Below, piece by piece: positions 52,264-64,000 of a DNA stretch of 64,000 nucleotides (position 1 is its first letter; the number at the start of each line of letters is the position of its first letter). The stretch is from positions 1-64,000 of the forward strand of contig CAJNYD010000496.1 in the NCBI GenBank assembly GCA_905331295.1. The letters run 5' to 3'. Source of the stretch: Rotaria socialis. Its lineage: Eukaryota. The translations under genes and the position numbers were made by a program. The notes beneath the pieces were generated by a model. That model was not told the origin of the DNA, did not search any database, and worked only from the letters and a program-made list of their open reading frames with translations.

Positions 52264-52512
52264 CAGGCTTGCCAAACCTCCTGATTTGACCAGGAGACTC
52301 CTGATTTATGGACTTCTCTCCTGATAGAAAATCTCCTGATTTCAGGAGCTGATTTTCAACATTTTCTCCTGATTTCTCCTGATTTTTAGTTTTCTTTCTA
52401 TTTGGTTTTTAGCGATACTTTGGACCAATAAGAGAACTAAAGGGAGCAAAGAGAACTATTGCAGTATTTAATAGTTATAGAAACGAATGAGAAAATAATG
52501 GCTTTTATTTCA
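52264..52512 (+). mobile_element. hAT-like transposon terminus with CTCCTGAT subterminal repeats, runs into the gap
   Basis: Begins CAGGCTTGCCA (compare hAT CAGGGTTGCCA), followed by about 6 CTCCTGAT repeats. Confidence 0.6.
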
Positions 52513-52916
52513 NNNNNNNNNNNNNNNNNNNNNNNNNNNNNNNNNNNNNNNNNNNNNNNNNNNNNNNNNNNNNNNNNNNNNNNNNNNNNNNNNNNNNNNN
52601 NNNNNNNNNNNNNNNNNNNNNNNNNNNNNNNNNNNNNNNNNNNNNNNNNNNNNNNNNNNNNNNNNNNNNNNNNNNNNNNNNNNNNNNNNNNNNNNNNNNN
52701 NNNNNNNNNNNNNNNNNNNNNNNNNNNNNNNNNNNNNNNNNNNNNNNNNNNNNNNNNNNNNNNNNNNNNNNNNNNNNNNNNNNNNNNNNNNNNNNNNNNN
52801 NNNNNNNNNNNNNNNNNNNNNNNNNNNNNNNNNNNNNNNNNNNNNNNNNNNNNNNNNNNNNNNNNNNNNNNNNNNNNNNNNNNNNNNNNNNNNNNNNNNN
52901 NNNNNNNNNNNNNNNN

Positions 52917-53122
52917 TCTCTGAGATCTTATATCAAGTCGCACAGTCAGATTCTTGAAAGATCTTATTAATGTGTAAGATCTTTCAAGAATCTGACTGTG
53001 CGACTTGATATAAGATCTCAGAGACTACGATTTTTTGTATGATTTTCGTATGATCGTGTAAGATCATACAAGATCAGATTCAAATTCTTATCAGATCTTA
53101 GTATCTGATTGTTTGTCCTGGG
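52917..53122. mobile_element. Right part of a CCCAGG-family MITE with an internal hairpin
   Basis: Arms of ~50 bp (52917-52966 and ~52975-53024) form a near-perfect palindrome. Ends GTCCTGGG. Confidence 0.65.
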
Positions 53123-53693
53123 GGGCTATTCCGGCACTTTTCGACATCCGACAACTTCCTGTCGGAATCCGATACCAAGGATTCCGACGACTTCTGACGC
53201 ATTCCCATCGGATCCGATGGGGTGAGTTCGACCGCCGTGAGTACCTCAATTGTTTTTTAGACTGGAAGGTTTGTTATTTTATTGTTCGTGGCATCATACC
53301 ATCTATGAATGGTACGAAAGATTTTTCGATTTAACGCTTCCATTTGTTGTTGTTTTGTATGAGATATTATTGGATAAATATTCAGAACAAATTGGTGGTA
53401 TGGGCGAATATATGCATAATATAGTCGATATGAAATTTCTTCTGATAACATCCAACTGCTAGATAAACATTTGAACACCAAGATTTTTGTTTATTTTCGA
53501 TTTGATGTAATTGAGATGATAATTGAAGGATAATCTAGCATCTAGTATAATACCAAGATACTTAAATTTGGAGACTTGGTCGATGATATTGCTGTCACAA
53601 TATATAATAGGAATACTTGGTGAGATCTGTCGGTGAAAAAGAGTGCAGTACGTCTTTTTGAAATTTAATGGTTGATTCCAAGTAATCGAGTAA

Positions 53694-53949
53694 CCCAGCG
53701 CAATCACTCCGACCGTCGGAACGGGCATCTTATCAAATCTGAAACGGCTATAAAACGGTATAATAAGGCATTAGTTTTCACCTTATTTCGCGGAAAGCCG
53801 TCACACGTTTTACGGACCCTTTTTTTCGCTAGAAAACAACCATTATTTGTAACACTATATTCGTCGTTTCCCGAGTTGACGAAAACGACGCCGTGCTTCA
53901 ACGTTTTACGCTGTTTAGGCCATTTACGCACCGTTTTCTTGGACATGGG
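53694..53949. mobile_element. CMC/EnSpm-like MITE inside the LINE
   Basis: AA|CCCAGC...CATGGG|AA. Removal restores the RT frame DLHS-YSITWNQ. Confidence 0.85.
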
Positions 53950-54029
53950 AAGAATGCAGATCTTTTATTACACTGGAGATTTGTTGTGAGAGATATGGGA
54001 TAAGAAATTTTGATGACCAGGTTGCTGAT

Positions 54030-54654
54030 CCCAGGTCGTTCATTTCTACAATCGGATCTGAAAATGGGTTGCATCGGATCTTACATGAAAACCGAAAAGA
54101 ACCAACAGATTCCGTCGGATTCCGGGTTTCGGGCTGAGATTCGGATCCGTAGGATCGGAATCCGATACCATCCGATCGTATCCTACGCTGTGATCCGATG
54201 CGCCAAAAAAGTCTGCTACCCAGGTCCAAGCAACCAGCCCGGGAAACGGCCGGTTCCCGCGATTTCACGGAAGCAGTATTCCGGACCGGGAAATCTCCGG
54301 ATTTTTCCTGTAAGTTCCGCCAAGTTCCTGTTGGTCCCCGTCGGAAATCACTGGGAAAATCCAGAGAAATCCGTCCCGGAATACTGCTTCCAGGGTCCGG
54401 TGATATCCGTCGTTTTCCTGCATGTTCCTGGCCGGTTCCAATTACATCCGCTCATTTCCGGAGGCCGGAGACATTGTCCTGGGTATACTCAACTTCTAAA
54501 AAGCTCTTCTGCACTAAATAGAATTTTGATATTTTTTTAAATTCTTCCGTTGGATCCGTCAATAGTTTCGAAACCCGGAATCCAACTGGATTTCCTTGGT
54601 TAGTAGGATGTTTTAGGACCCGATAGAATCCGTCGTCGGATTAGTCGACCTGGG
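54030..54654. mobile_element. CMC/EnSpm-like MITE inside the LINE (hosts the 54219 element)
   Basis: AT|CCCAGGTCG...CGACCTGGG|AT. Removal restores LLP-SATWSS. Confidence 0.88.
54219..54483. mobile_element. CMC/EnSpm-like MITE, inverted copy of 4079-4364
   Basis: TA|CCCAGG...CCTGGG|TA. Confidence 0.88.
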
Positions 54655-54862
54655 ATGGTAAGAGAACAATAGGTAGATCGCCGGCAAAGATATGTTTAAA
54701 GTGAAGATTTGATACTGCATTCAATATATCATAATGAAAAATAACAAATAGTATCGGGCCCACAAAAGAATCTTGAGGGACACCTTTAAATAGTGGGAAA
54801 TGATTTGACTGAATACTGCCGATTTTTATAAGGGCTGAACGTCCTAACAAATAATTTCTTAA

Positions 54863-55101
54863 CCCTAATCCACTCACCTGGGGTCCGTATGGACCCCAGC
54901 TCAAAATAAGAATTCTGAAAGTGCATCTTGTTCTTTTTACGAGTACGTCTCAAAGGGACAAAAATTCTATAGATTGGTGGTATATGATACTCTGCTTCAG
55001 TATAACATGAATTGAAAAGTTAAACCCTCACAATTAAGTTTGAATCTCATCCAACTTAGAATAGTACAATATACGCGTTTATAGAGGTGGGCGGATTAGG
55101 G
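54863..55101. mobile_element. piggyBac-like MITE
   Basis: TTAA TSD on both sides; TIR CCCTAATCC(A/G)C(T/C)CACCT, 15/17 matching. Removal restores IAWL-RNYL. Confidence 0.88.
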
Positions 55102-56756
55102 TTAACCATGCAATAATGTGAAGTGGACAATTGAGACGTGTAAGTTTGATTCACAGACCTTTAATCCACAGTTGATTAAAGGCGGATTTGAAATCAACAA
55201 ATAAGGCAGCTGTAGCAGTATTTAATGCAAGACCTTGTCCATTTTGATCAATAATCGACAAGATTCTGGTAAACATATTGTGTCCTGGTCTGAAACATGT
55301 CTGCTCTTCAGGTAGAATGCCATTATCCATAATCCATTGATGAAAGTGTGTGAGGAACAATTTCTCATATAACTTTGAAAAGCATGGAAGTAAAGATATT
55401 GGACGAGTGTCATTTATATGCACTATTGACGTTTTCGTCTTTGACAATAGTATCATCTTAGCCACAAGCCAACGTCGAGGAAAATGTACATTTTGTAGCA
55501 TAAAATAAAAAGAGAAAGTGATAAATGTAAGATGTGGTGGTGGTGGTGGTGGTAGAAGTCTTATAATTGCATTTGATACATCATCTAATCCTGTGGAATT
55601 CTTGTTCCTCAATGATAGAATAGCTTTATTAACATCAATGAATTTAATATCAGTAAAAAGCAATTTCGAATTTTGTAGGTGTTGATTCAATTCTCTATCC
55701 ACTATTTCAGCTTCAATTTCCACCGCAGATTGTTTATTTTCATGTTCACAGAATTGTTCTAAATAAAACTGCTCAGCTAGCTATATCACACATTTCCCTT
55801 GTAGATGTAATAATCACACCATTGTTCAGGGGGATACCTTAATACAGATGAACTATTTTCATAACTATATTTGCTAAAATAGAAAATTGAGAAATACCCC
55901 AAAGAAAAATAAAACGCAGAGAAACGTGTTCATTTAAGAAATGGCAAAGCTTTTCATTTGGTAAAGAATTCTTTTATTTTTCATTAAATAATTATGAAGT
56001 ACCATGAGGTAATATGTTTAGACTTATTCACATATAGTTACTCAACTGTTTTTTCTTTTAAAGAAGCACAATCATATTAATTTCAACTGAACTATAGTCA
56101 TTCCGATTTTTTAGTTAGTGTTCTCTGAATCATTTACAATCAACATTTGATTTTATATTGATGAAAATAGTTCATGAGAGTCGATTCTAGAGTATTGATC
56201 TAGGTTTAGACGCAACCTGTGCTATTACGAAAACTAATAAAAGAATTCCTTTAGGAAATAATAAGTTGAAATATATTAAAATTGAATATATACAATTTTA
56301 TTAACAGAATACAACGAAAAAGGAAAGGTTCACAGATGTCCTACAATATGTCTACTTTGCATGCATTCAATGGCGCTACTATTGTGCATGACATTCTGCA
56401 TCTGAGTGTGTAATAAAACGGACAATCAACACAACAGCTGATAAAAATATAACGATTCAAAATAAACTTGCATGTATTACTATTTCTATTGTCATCAGTC
56501 ATTACAAATATATATAAACTATTATTAGAACTTCAACAATGTTTCGTAGTTCGCATCAGACTAATGTGAAACAACTGCGGAAAGCTCGTTAAAATAAATA
56601 TTTCTAGTATCTAACTGTTGTCAAAAAGGTGAATTGGCAGATTTGTCTTACATTGTTGCGTGAACCTTTCGTTTTATTATATAAAGCACGTAAAAACTTC
56701 TGCGACATCAAAAAACTTTACTTTTAAAACTTTATTTTACATTCAAATGAAACTCT

Positions 56757-57293
56757 ATATAATGACTTGGTTTTGATTTTGCGAAATCATAGAATTTATA
56801 TCGTTTCTTTAGGACAGTCTATTTACTAGAAAATGTTAGCGATTATTAAAAATTCGTCAAAAAGCGAATGCTAAAGAGAAGAGACTCTGTTTCTACTTTG
56901 TTCATTGTAAAGAGCAGAATACATTTCACAAAAAATAATATTTTGAAGTTCTTTAACATTTGAACAATTATGTTATATAACGAAAAACAAAGAAAAATTT
57001 ATTCAGTGGTTTTTTTTCTTCACATAAAAATAATGAAACTATTTTGAAATTCCGCATTTTTATTTTCTTTCATTTTGCAATATATTTTGTGTTGTGAGGA
57101 AGTGTAAAAATTTGCTTTTCGTGAAGTTTATTCTGCTCTTTACAATGAACAAAGTAGAAACAGAGTCTCTTCTCTTTAGCATTCGCTTTTTGACGAATTT
57201 TTAATAACCGCTAACATTTTCTAGTAAAACGACTGTCCTAAAGAAACGATATAAATTCTATGATTTCGCAAAATCAAGACCAAGTCATTATAT
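56757..57293. mobile_element. Foldback MITE with ~165-bp near-perfect TIRs
   Basis: 56757-56921 is the reverse complement of ~57129-57293, with TA-rich junctions. Confidence 0.85.
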
Positions 57294-58252
57294 TTTAATT
57301 TATTTCTTTTCTTCAATTGTATGATTTTCAATCAAAGATAATTTGTAGATTGAATAGAACAAAGAGTGTCTCAGAACATTTTGTTCCTGAAGATATTTTA
57401 CTATTGTCATTTCTTTCTATTAAAACAAGAAATTTTGCATCTGTATAGCATCATATAAAGTTTTAGGAAGCAATTCTTTCGTGCCTCCGAAGTTTTTACA
57501 GAATATCTACTTGATTTGAAGATCCTTTCCATATAAACTTTTATATTATTATATTATTATATTATTATGTCATTATATTTTATTAGATAGAAATCGTCTC
57601 TAATATTTCATCATACTTGATTGTGCTATGTGCAAACAGTGTTAATGATGAAACATGATGGAAAACTAGTCAATACAATATTATTTTATACGGATCAGCT
57701 AGTATGAGATGTAACCTACTTGAGCATAGAAATAACGTTGGTTAATATACCTATTATTTATCTAATTTAGCAACTACCTAAACTAAACTTGAGTATTGTG
57801 AACATTATTTCCTAGATTTACATTTCGTCAATGTCAACATGATTTGCATGTTACTATGTGGCTTGTTAAACAGCAATAAAGCTAAAACATTAGAAACATG
57901 TTTGAACTATAAGATGCTCATAAAAATATTTATTTTCTACATGAAAAAAAAGACTTGCAAAAATAGACTCCATTGAAGATCTTCAGAAGTGTTATTAAGT
58001 GAAACAAATGTTGAAACCTGATGATAACTAGGTCAATTATTAACCTATAAAGATACATCATAATTTATAAATAGATAACTATTTGAGGCCGTTGATATGT
58101 GCATATAGTTTTCAAGTGTATGGTAGAACTCTTTTCTGACTGTCTGTGTCCAAGTGCACTTTTATTTGTAAGTAAATTTAATATTAATTTCAAGTGTTAA
58201 TTCAATCAAACGAAGTAAAAGTATCCAACTGTTGCTTTAAATAGATTATAAA

Positions 58253-58425
58253 TGAGGGCAGTACGTTTACGTTAATTTAAAATTAACGCTAACTGAAACT
58301 GTTAACCGCTAATATTAACGGTTAACGGTTTTGCTCAAAGCGTTAATCCGGTAATATTAACGGTTAACGCTTGTAGTTAATTAATGCCATTAATTAACTC
58401 GCATTAAATTAAATGATCCACCCTT
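58253..58425. mobile_element. Small hAT-like MITE with TTAACG(G) repeats
   Basis: TGAGGG...CCCTTA ends, flanked by ATTATAAA / GTTATAAA (7/8 match, possible 8-bp TSD). Confidence 0.5.
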
Positions 58426-59292
58426 AGTTATAAATATTTTACAGAAAATTCGTAATAAAATAAATAGGTATTTGACAAAAAGATAATAGTCCATAAATTA
58501 ATACAAGAACCGGTAGAGTAACGATTAATAAAGAATAAAAACAATTAGAATAATGTATGAAAATTGATATAAGATGCAATCTTTGGTAATTATTCAAGTT
58601 GTTAGTAACAAATTTCTTTCAATTTTTCATCACTCAAAGTTGCTCAACAAACGTAGTTATATAAAACTAAGTGGTCACTAAATAAACAAATTTTAATGAA
58701 ATTTTTTATCATAAAATCTTTCCAATGGATGAAACAGCACACATTTCTAATATTCAGATAGGAAATAAGTAAAAGATAATTAAATATTTTGATATCATGT
58801 TTATGATTAAATTATAATATAACTATGTGTTTTAATAATAATTGAATTCGAATCAAGATGATATACAATATTCATTTCTATCAAACATACTGGTTGAATG
58901 ATTTAACGAGAAAAATTATTTAATTTAAAAAAGCAGACATACATATATATTTTACAATTAAAAGTTCTATATTGTTGATATTTGTACTGCCAGTATTCTA
59001 ATTAAGTGTGATTGTCCTTGAGATGCAAGTTGATATTTAGGTAAAAGAAAAGCATACGGTGATTCAATGCTTGTTTTATAAAGCCACTCGAGCATGAATA
59101 AATGTATACCATAGTCAATCAAGGACTGATTTGAATACATACTGGTAGTCAAAAAGCACATGTTGAGTCATTATTTATATTGAGACATAGATTTCGCATG
59201 TATTTTTGTCTTTTGCAATAATTACTTATTTTCTTTTTTTTAAATACATATTTGGGATTAAAAACAGAACTGAACTAACTATAAAAAACACG

Positions 59293-60799
59293 ATGTCAAA
59301 ACAATTTTTAACTATTTATGCTGCAGATTCGACTGGAACTAATAGAAAAGCTCAAATGATAAAAACTTACTCATTTACTACCGATGATGACGAAGGAACA
59401 TCTATCGTCCAATCTGAACCAGTCTCCAATCATGATAAGTTATTATCGATAAGTTCTCCTTCAATCGATAGTGCGAATGCTGAAGATGATTTATCAGAAG
59501 TTAGTACCAAAGCCAAAAGAAGAAAACCACGACGAACACATGAATCTGAGGTAGGAAATTATTATTGAAAATGGTTTTGCTACTTATACATAATTATCTA
59601 AAACTTGAATTATTTGTTTTTATTAAATAGAAGAATTTAAAAAACAAAACATAGTTACGATAAAAGATTCTAATTGTTGTTTGATTGTAAGATTTATGAA
59701 GAAATTATTTGAATCTTAGCTCACAAAAACATTTATATTTAATAACGAATTCAAACTTTAATAATTGCATTTTAAACGATCAAACGATTTTCAATAATTG
59801 TCTAGAAAGTTAACTTAAATGATAAATAGATAAGACAAGTATTATCTTATTTCATCAATAGTTTTAATTCGCATATAGCGACGAAATTTTGTTAACCTCT
59901 GATTCTTTTTTTTAAAGGAAAAAATCGAGGATACACATGAGACAAGAAAAATATGCCCATGGTATAAAAAAATTGATTGGTCAAAACCAATATTATCCAT
60001 GGGTTTATTAATCTTTCTCTATATAACGTGGACCAAAAGAGATGTATGGATTCCAAGAATGTTAACATCAAATGCACGCATTCGTCGTTCTTTCGTTTCA
60101 AAAGATACAGTAACATCAGATCAATTAACAAGTTCATCTTCGCAAATATCACCAACAATCTCAACAATTCCATTACAAGATTCCCCACTAGCCTTTGATC
60201 ATAAAGAAGATAATATCGACGATCACGAAAAGGATAATGATGATGATGATCAAAATAATAGCGAACGAATTAATTTTGAAAACAATGAAGAATCAACAAT
60301 TTCTTCAGGTAAAGCAAATAATGGTCATCGAGTCAATATTCGTATACGAAGAAACAGAATGAGTTTTAGTAACGAACATAACAAGAAAAAGCATCGTCAC
60401 TCTCATGATCTACCTGCCGATGATGAATTAGAAAAAACCGATGGTGGAAGACAAGTTAAAGTAATTAAACCAAATGAATCGATTGCATCATTACAAAACC
60501 ATCCACCAAAAAAAAATCGCCGAGAAATTATTCAAAATGAAAATGTAAAGATTAGGACTGTTGTAAATCATGGTATACGTTTATCTACATACGATGATAT
60601 TATTGATCAATTAAGAAAAAATCTGAAATCTCGAACTCGAGATCGAGATTTTTTATCAACACTATCGAAAAAAACTGGATTAAACAAGGATAAATTATAC
60701 CGATTTATTTATAAAAAAGACTATAATCTTTTAACACTTGAAGCATTCATGTCTCTTTTAGATACATTTAATTTAATGCTTTTAGTTATTCCAAATTAG
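59293..60799 (+). CDS. Orphan two-exon protein: hydrophobic helix, disordered middle, C-terminal Xre/Cro-like helix-turn-helix
   Basis: Exons 59293-59550 and 59918-60799 join in frame via GT-AG. The C-terminus reads LSTLSKKTGLNKDKLYRFIYKKDYNLLTLEAFMSLLDTFNLMLLV. Confidence 0.7.
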
Positions 60800-61181
60800 G
60801 TTTAGAAGAAATAAATTGTCCCTGGCCAAGATAGAACTCTGAAATTTCTCTTTAGAATCAAGATGTTCTTGTTCACTGTACTACAAGAACAAATATAGTA
60901 AAAGAGAACAGTTTTTCGTCGGCATCTGTTCTTAAACAAGAAAAAAATCAATGGAATTCATATTCAAAATATTTTCTTTTTATGATACTAAACCTACATT
61001 ATGATAAAGGAATAGATTTTATGAAACAAGTAAACTATCCTACTTTGCTAATTATCTCTAAAGGTTATCTTCATTCAACATATTCAACGACTTGAATTGA
61101 CAGGAAAGTGCAACTTAGTTCCTATATCTGCTGTATCTATTCAAAACTTATACATTCGAATTTTAGTATCAATCATGTATA

Positions 61182-61593
61182 CCCATGTAAAAATAAATCG
61201 CGAAAAATCTGATTAAATTTGATTTTGTTCGGAAAATCGATTAAAACAACTAATATTAGATTACTTCCCCATAAATAATCAATTAAAAACGANATGTGGA
61301 TCGATGAATTCCCATCAAGATAGCCATAAGTTAAAATCAATTTTTTTGTGATTATAAATCTATTTTAATGGCACTGTTATAACCCTAGTTTAATCATTTT
61401 TTAGATCGAAAAAATTGATTATAATCGATTGCTCAATAATCAATCATAATAGATTTTAAAATAATCGATTATAATCAATTTTTTCGATCTAAATAATGAT
61501 TAAACTAGGGTTATAACAGTGCCATTAAAATAGATTTATAATCACACGAAAATCAATTATAATCAGATTTTTCGCGATTTATTTTTACATGGG
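61182..61593. mobile_element. CMC-like MITE with ~33-bp TIRs and an internal hairpin
   Basis: TA|CCCATGTAAAAATAAATCGCGAAAAATCTGATT...AATCAGATTTTTCGCGATTTATTTTTACATGGG|TA, plus an inner inverted repeat at ~61348-61545. Confidence 0.88.
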
Positions 61594-62987
61594 TAAGATG
61601 ACTGTTATCAATGCACTCATAATTTGTAGTTTTTGATCATCCGCTGTTCGATACAATGTTGATTATGCTGTAAAATAGCTGTGAAAAACTCAAGTAATTT
61701 AGTAGTAGGATTATGACTGAAGTCAGTCTTCTTTCTAGAGATATCCGACTTGTATCGGTTATAGAGCATAGTTCGAACTATCAAGTCGGTAGCTAGGAAA
61801 CGTTTTACATTTTAAAGTAATCGAAAACGAGAATGACTCTTTCTTCGTTTTTGCTTCGTGCCTTCTTTAATGGCTTTGTTCATCTTTTTCTATTTATTAC
61901 ATGCTTCTTTCATAGACATGATCAAAACCTCAAACAAATTTCAAATTACAATCATTATTTTCTTGTAACATAAACTCCAGAAAATCAACATGGACGGTTC
62001 GATCATTTTGAAATCAAATCAAACACATGAGAAGTTCAATGAAAGAAAACCTCAGTCACTGATGAACTACGATGTGTAACTGTTGTTGCATATACTATAA
62101 ATTCCTTTGTTTTAAGCGTTAAACGAGTCTCGAATGCATTTTTAAAAGCATAATCAGTGATTTATTGTCACTTCTGAACACAAATACGATTATTTATATA
62201 AAACAATTCAATTCTACGTTGTGATTCGAACATTGTGACTTTTTATTATTATTATGAAGTTTCTTTCATAAGAATAATTTCTAATGGCAAGACGAAAGCA
62301 AACATACTAGCTCGTTGTTTTCTTCAATTGTATTTTATGATACCAAAAGAATTTTATTTTAACAAATTAAAATCTTATTTCCCTTTAAGAATAATATTCA
62401 CGAACATGAATTTGAATACAGTCTTCCTAGTTTACTTAATTAAAAAGGTTGCATTTTCACTAATATGTCTTAGTTTTTACATTTCCCTCAAATACATTTA
62501 GATTTCAAACAATAAATATTTTCTTAAATGCCCATGTAGCTGATATTGGTCCGATATTTGTTTTTATACTTGTATTATTTTCTATCTGTACTTTAGTTAA
62601 AGTTCACTTTCTGCTCAGTTATATAAGAGCTATTTTTTCTTTATCTACAGTAGAAATTTTAGTTAAATTATTTACTTTTACAAGAATATTAATTCCAGCC
62701 TGTGTACGTAGTAATAGTTTTTGAACGGCACATTATATAGTATATATATATATATATATAAGAGGATGAATTTATGTCTATCGAACAAAATAATTCATTT
62801 AATAATATGCAATTTATAATGACATATCAGAAAAAAATTGAAGAGAATTCGTTTTTCTTAATTCAACTTATTCGTCATATAAATATTTCATGAGATTGAT
62901 AGAAGAAATAGATCAATGTTTTTGTAGAAAGTTATTCGAAATTCAATACAGAATAATTTCTTTGACATAAAACTTGATGATTGTGAT

Positions 62988-63458
62988 TTATTCAAATACT
63001 TTGTTCTCTATTGCATAATGTTTTGTGCATTCTTTAGCTGTCTGACTAAATTTATCTTGATTCGTTCGATAGAAATTCAAAGTTTCTTGGTTGAGACCAC
63101 GTTCTGGATTAGGATCTGTTAGTAGCGAACATAACCATATCAGAAGATTACGTATTGTTATTATAGGAGACCATTGCGAATGAAGAACATCCAAACGGAT
63201 TTCTCCTGTTGTACAAATATTTGGATGACAAAGAGTTACGGTAAACTGAATCTGAGGCGGCTGAAATGAAAAATCTAAAGAAAAATCAATAGTCAATCGA
63301 AATATTCCACCATCATATGGTGTGTCTTTTGGCCCTTCAATGCAACCAGTTCAATGTGTCATGTCTTTGATTGGATCTTCAGGTTTTGCATAATAAAGAA
63401 GGGATGGATTTTTCTTCATGTCATTATACTGTTGAGTAAGACGTCGTGCAAGACTCAT
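62988..63458 (-). pseudogene. UBE2D/Ubc4-like ubiquitin-conjugating enzyme pseudogene, intronless
   Basis: MSLARRL...MTH*TGCIEGPKDTPYDGGIF...HPNI...GEIRLDVL..QWSP. The conserved Trp is TGA (63351-63353) and the catalytic Cys is Arg. Confidence 0.85.
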
Positions 63459-63787
63459 TGAAAATAGTCAATTTTACTCTAAAGTAAATAAAACTATTAT
63501 CATCATCGATATTCACACATTCAAACAGTATATAAAGATAAAAATACTTGCTACTTTTTTTTGAAAACTAGAAGCTCTAAATGAGAAATACAAGTAGAAC
63601 CATAAATACTTCACGTAAAAATGGTTTATAGACACCATCACAATAAACTATAGACCATATATATCTAGAATGTTTCCGAAACATTAAAACAAAAAACTCG
63701 ATAATCTCTTTAACATTCACTCTAGAATAACAAGTAATGATCAGTCTGTATATCGAGTGGAAAAGACTCCCATTGAGTTAAGATCAT

Positions 63788-64000
63788 TTATCTTGATTTT
63801 TCCATGGCATATTTTTTTGTCCATTCCTTGGCATTTCTTTCATATAAACTTTTATTTGTACGATAAACATTGAGAATTTCATTATCTAAACCATGTTCAG
63901 GATTGGGATCAGTCAATAGCGAACATAAACTAAGTAATGCAGTTCGAATTGTTAACGCAGGTGACCTTTTATCATGAAGAATATCTAAGCAAATATCACC
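63788..64000 (-). CDS. Second UBE2D-like E2, 3' part only (truncated by the window edge)
   Basis: GDICLDILHDKRSPALTIRTALLSLCSLLTDPNPEHGL...AKEWTKKYAMEKSR*. The catalytic Cys is intact. Confidence 0.8.
   Translation of the reverse strand, partial: GDICLDILHDKRSPALTIRTALLSLCSLLTDPNPEHGLDNEILNVYRTNKSLYERNAKEWTKKYAMEKSR

Larger units (their letters stand above)
53241..55835 (-). mobile_element. Decayed, 5'-truncated non-LTR retrotransposon (LINE RT) interrupted by four MITEs
   Basis: KNSTGLDDV, RPISLLPCFSKLYEK, EQTCFRPGH, FVDFKSAFN, GVPQDSFVGP, IFAGDL (degenerate YADD) and KYLGIILD. Contains stops and frameshifts. Confidence 0.92.

Noticed and set aside
54859..54872. Telomere-like TAACCCTAA sequence
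   Set aside because: It is the TTAA TSD plus the TIR of a piggyBac-like MITE, not a tandem telomeric array.
7616..63458. Possible TGA recoding, since many premature stops are TGA at Trp/Arg-like positions
   Set aside because: TGA ends intact genes here (brainiac-like, BLOC1S1), and the broken genes also carry TAG stops, frameshifts or catalytic mutations. Ordinary pseudogenisation explains it.

Overview
AT-rich eukaryotic genomic DNA with three N-gaps and many short (~50-60 bp) GT-AG introns. Metazoan housekeeping genes are interleaved with non-metazoan-looking genes, which suggests a bdelloid rotifer (inference, not proven). Intron-containing animal genes: proteasome beta-2 (PSMB7), a brainiac-type GT31 glycosyltransferase, O-GlcNAcase, BLOC1S1 and an ABHD6-like lipase. 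Probable horizontally acquired genes: a Rieske non-heme iron oxygenase (choline monooxygenase/CntA-like) beside a glycine/sarcosine N-methyltransferase-like enzyme, a bacterial-type esterase, a CorA with SMN instead of GMN, and a protoglobin ending in a CaaX-like tail. Also present: an orphan membrane protein with an Xre/Cro-like HTH, three pseudogenes (GPCR, TIR, E2), a dead LINE carrying four nested MITEs, and many CCCA...TGGG (CMC/EnSpm-like), piggyBac-like, hAT-like and foldback elements. The best candidate for a new system is the co-oriented methyltransferase + Rieske oxygenase pair at 25.5-27.8 kb, a possible glycine-betaine/methylamine osmolyte module. All family assignments come from motif recognition by eye; no searches were run.
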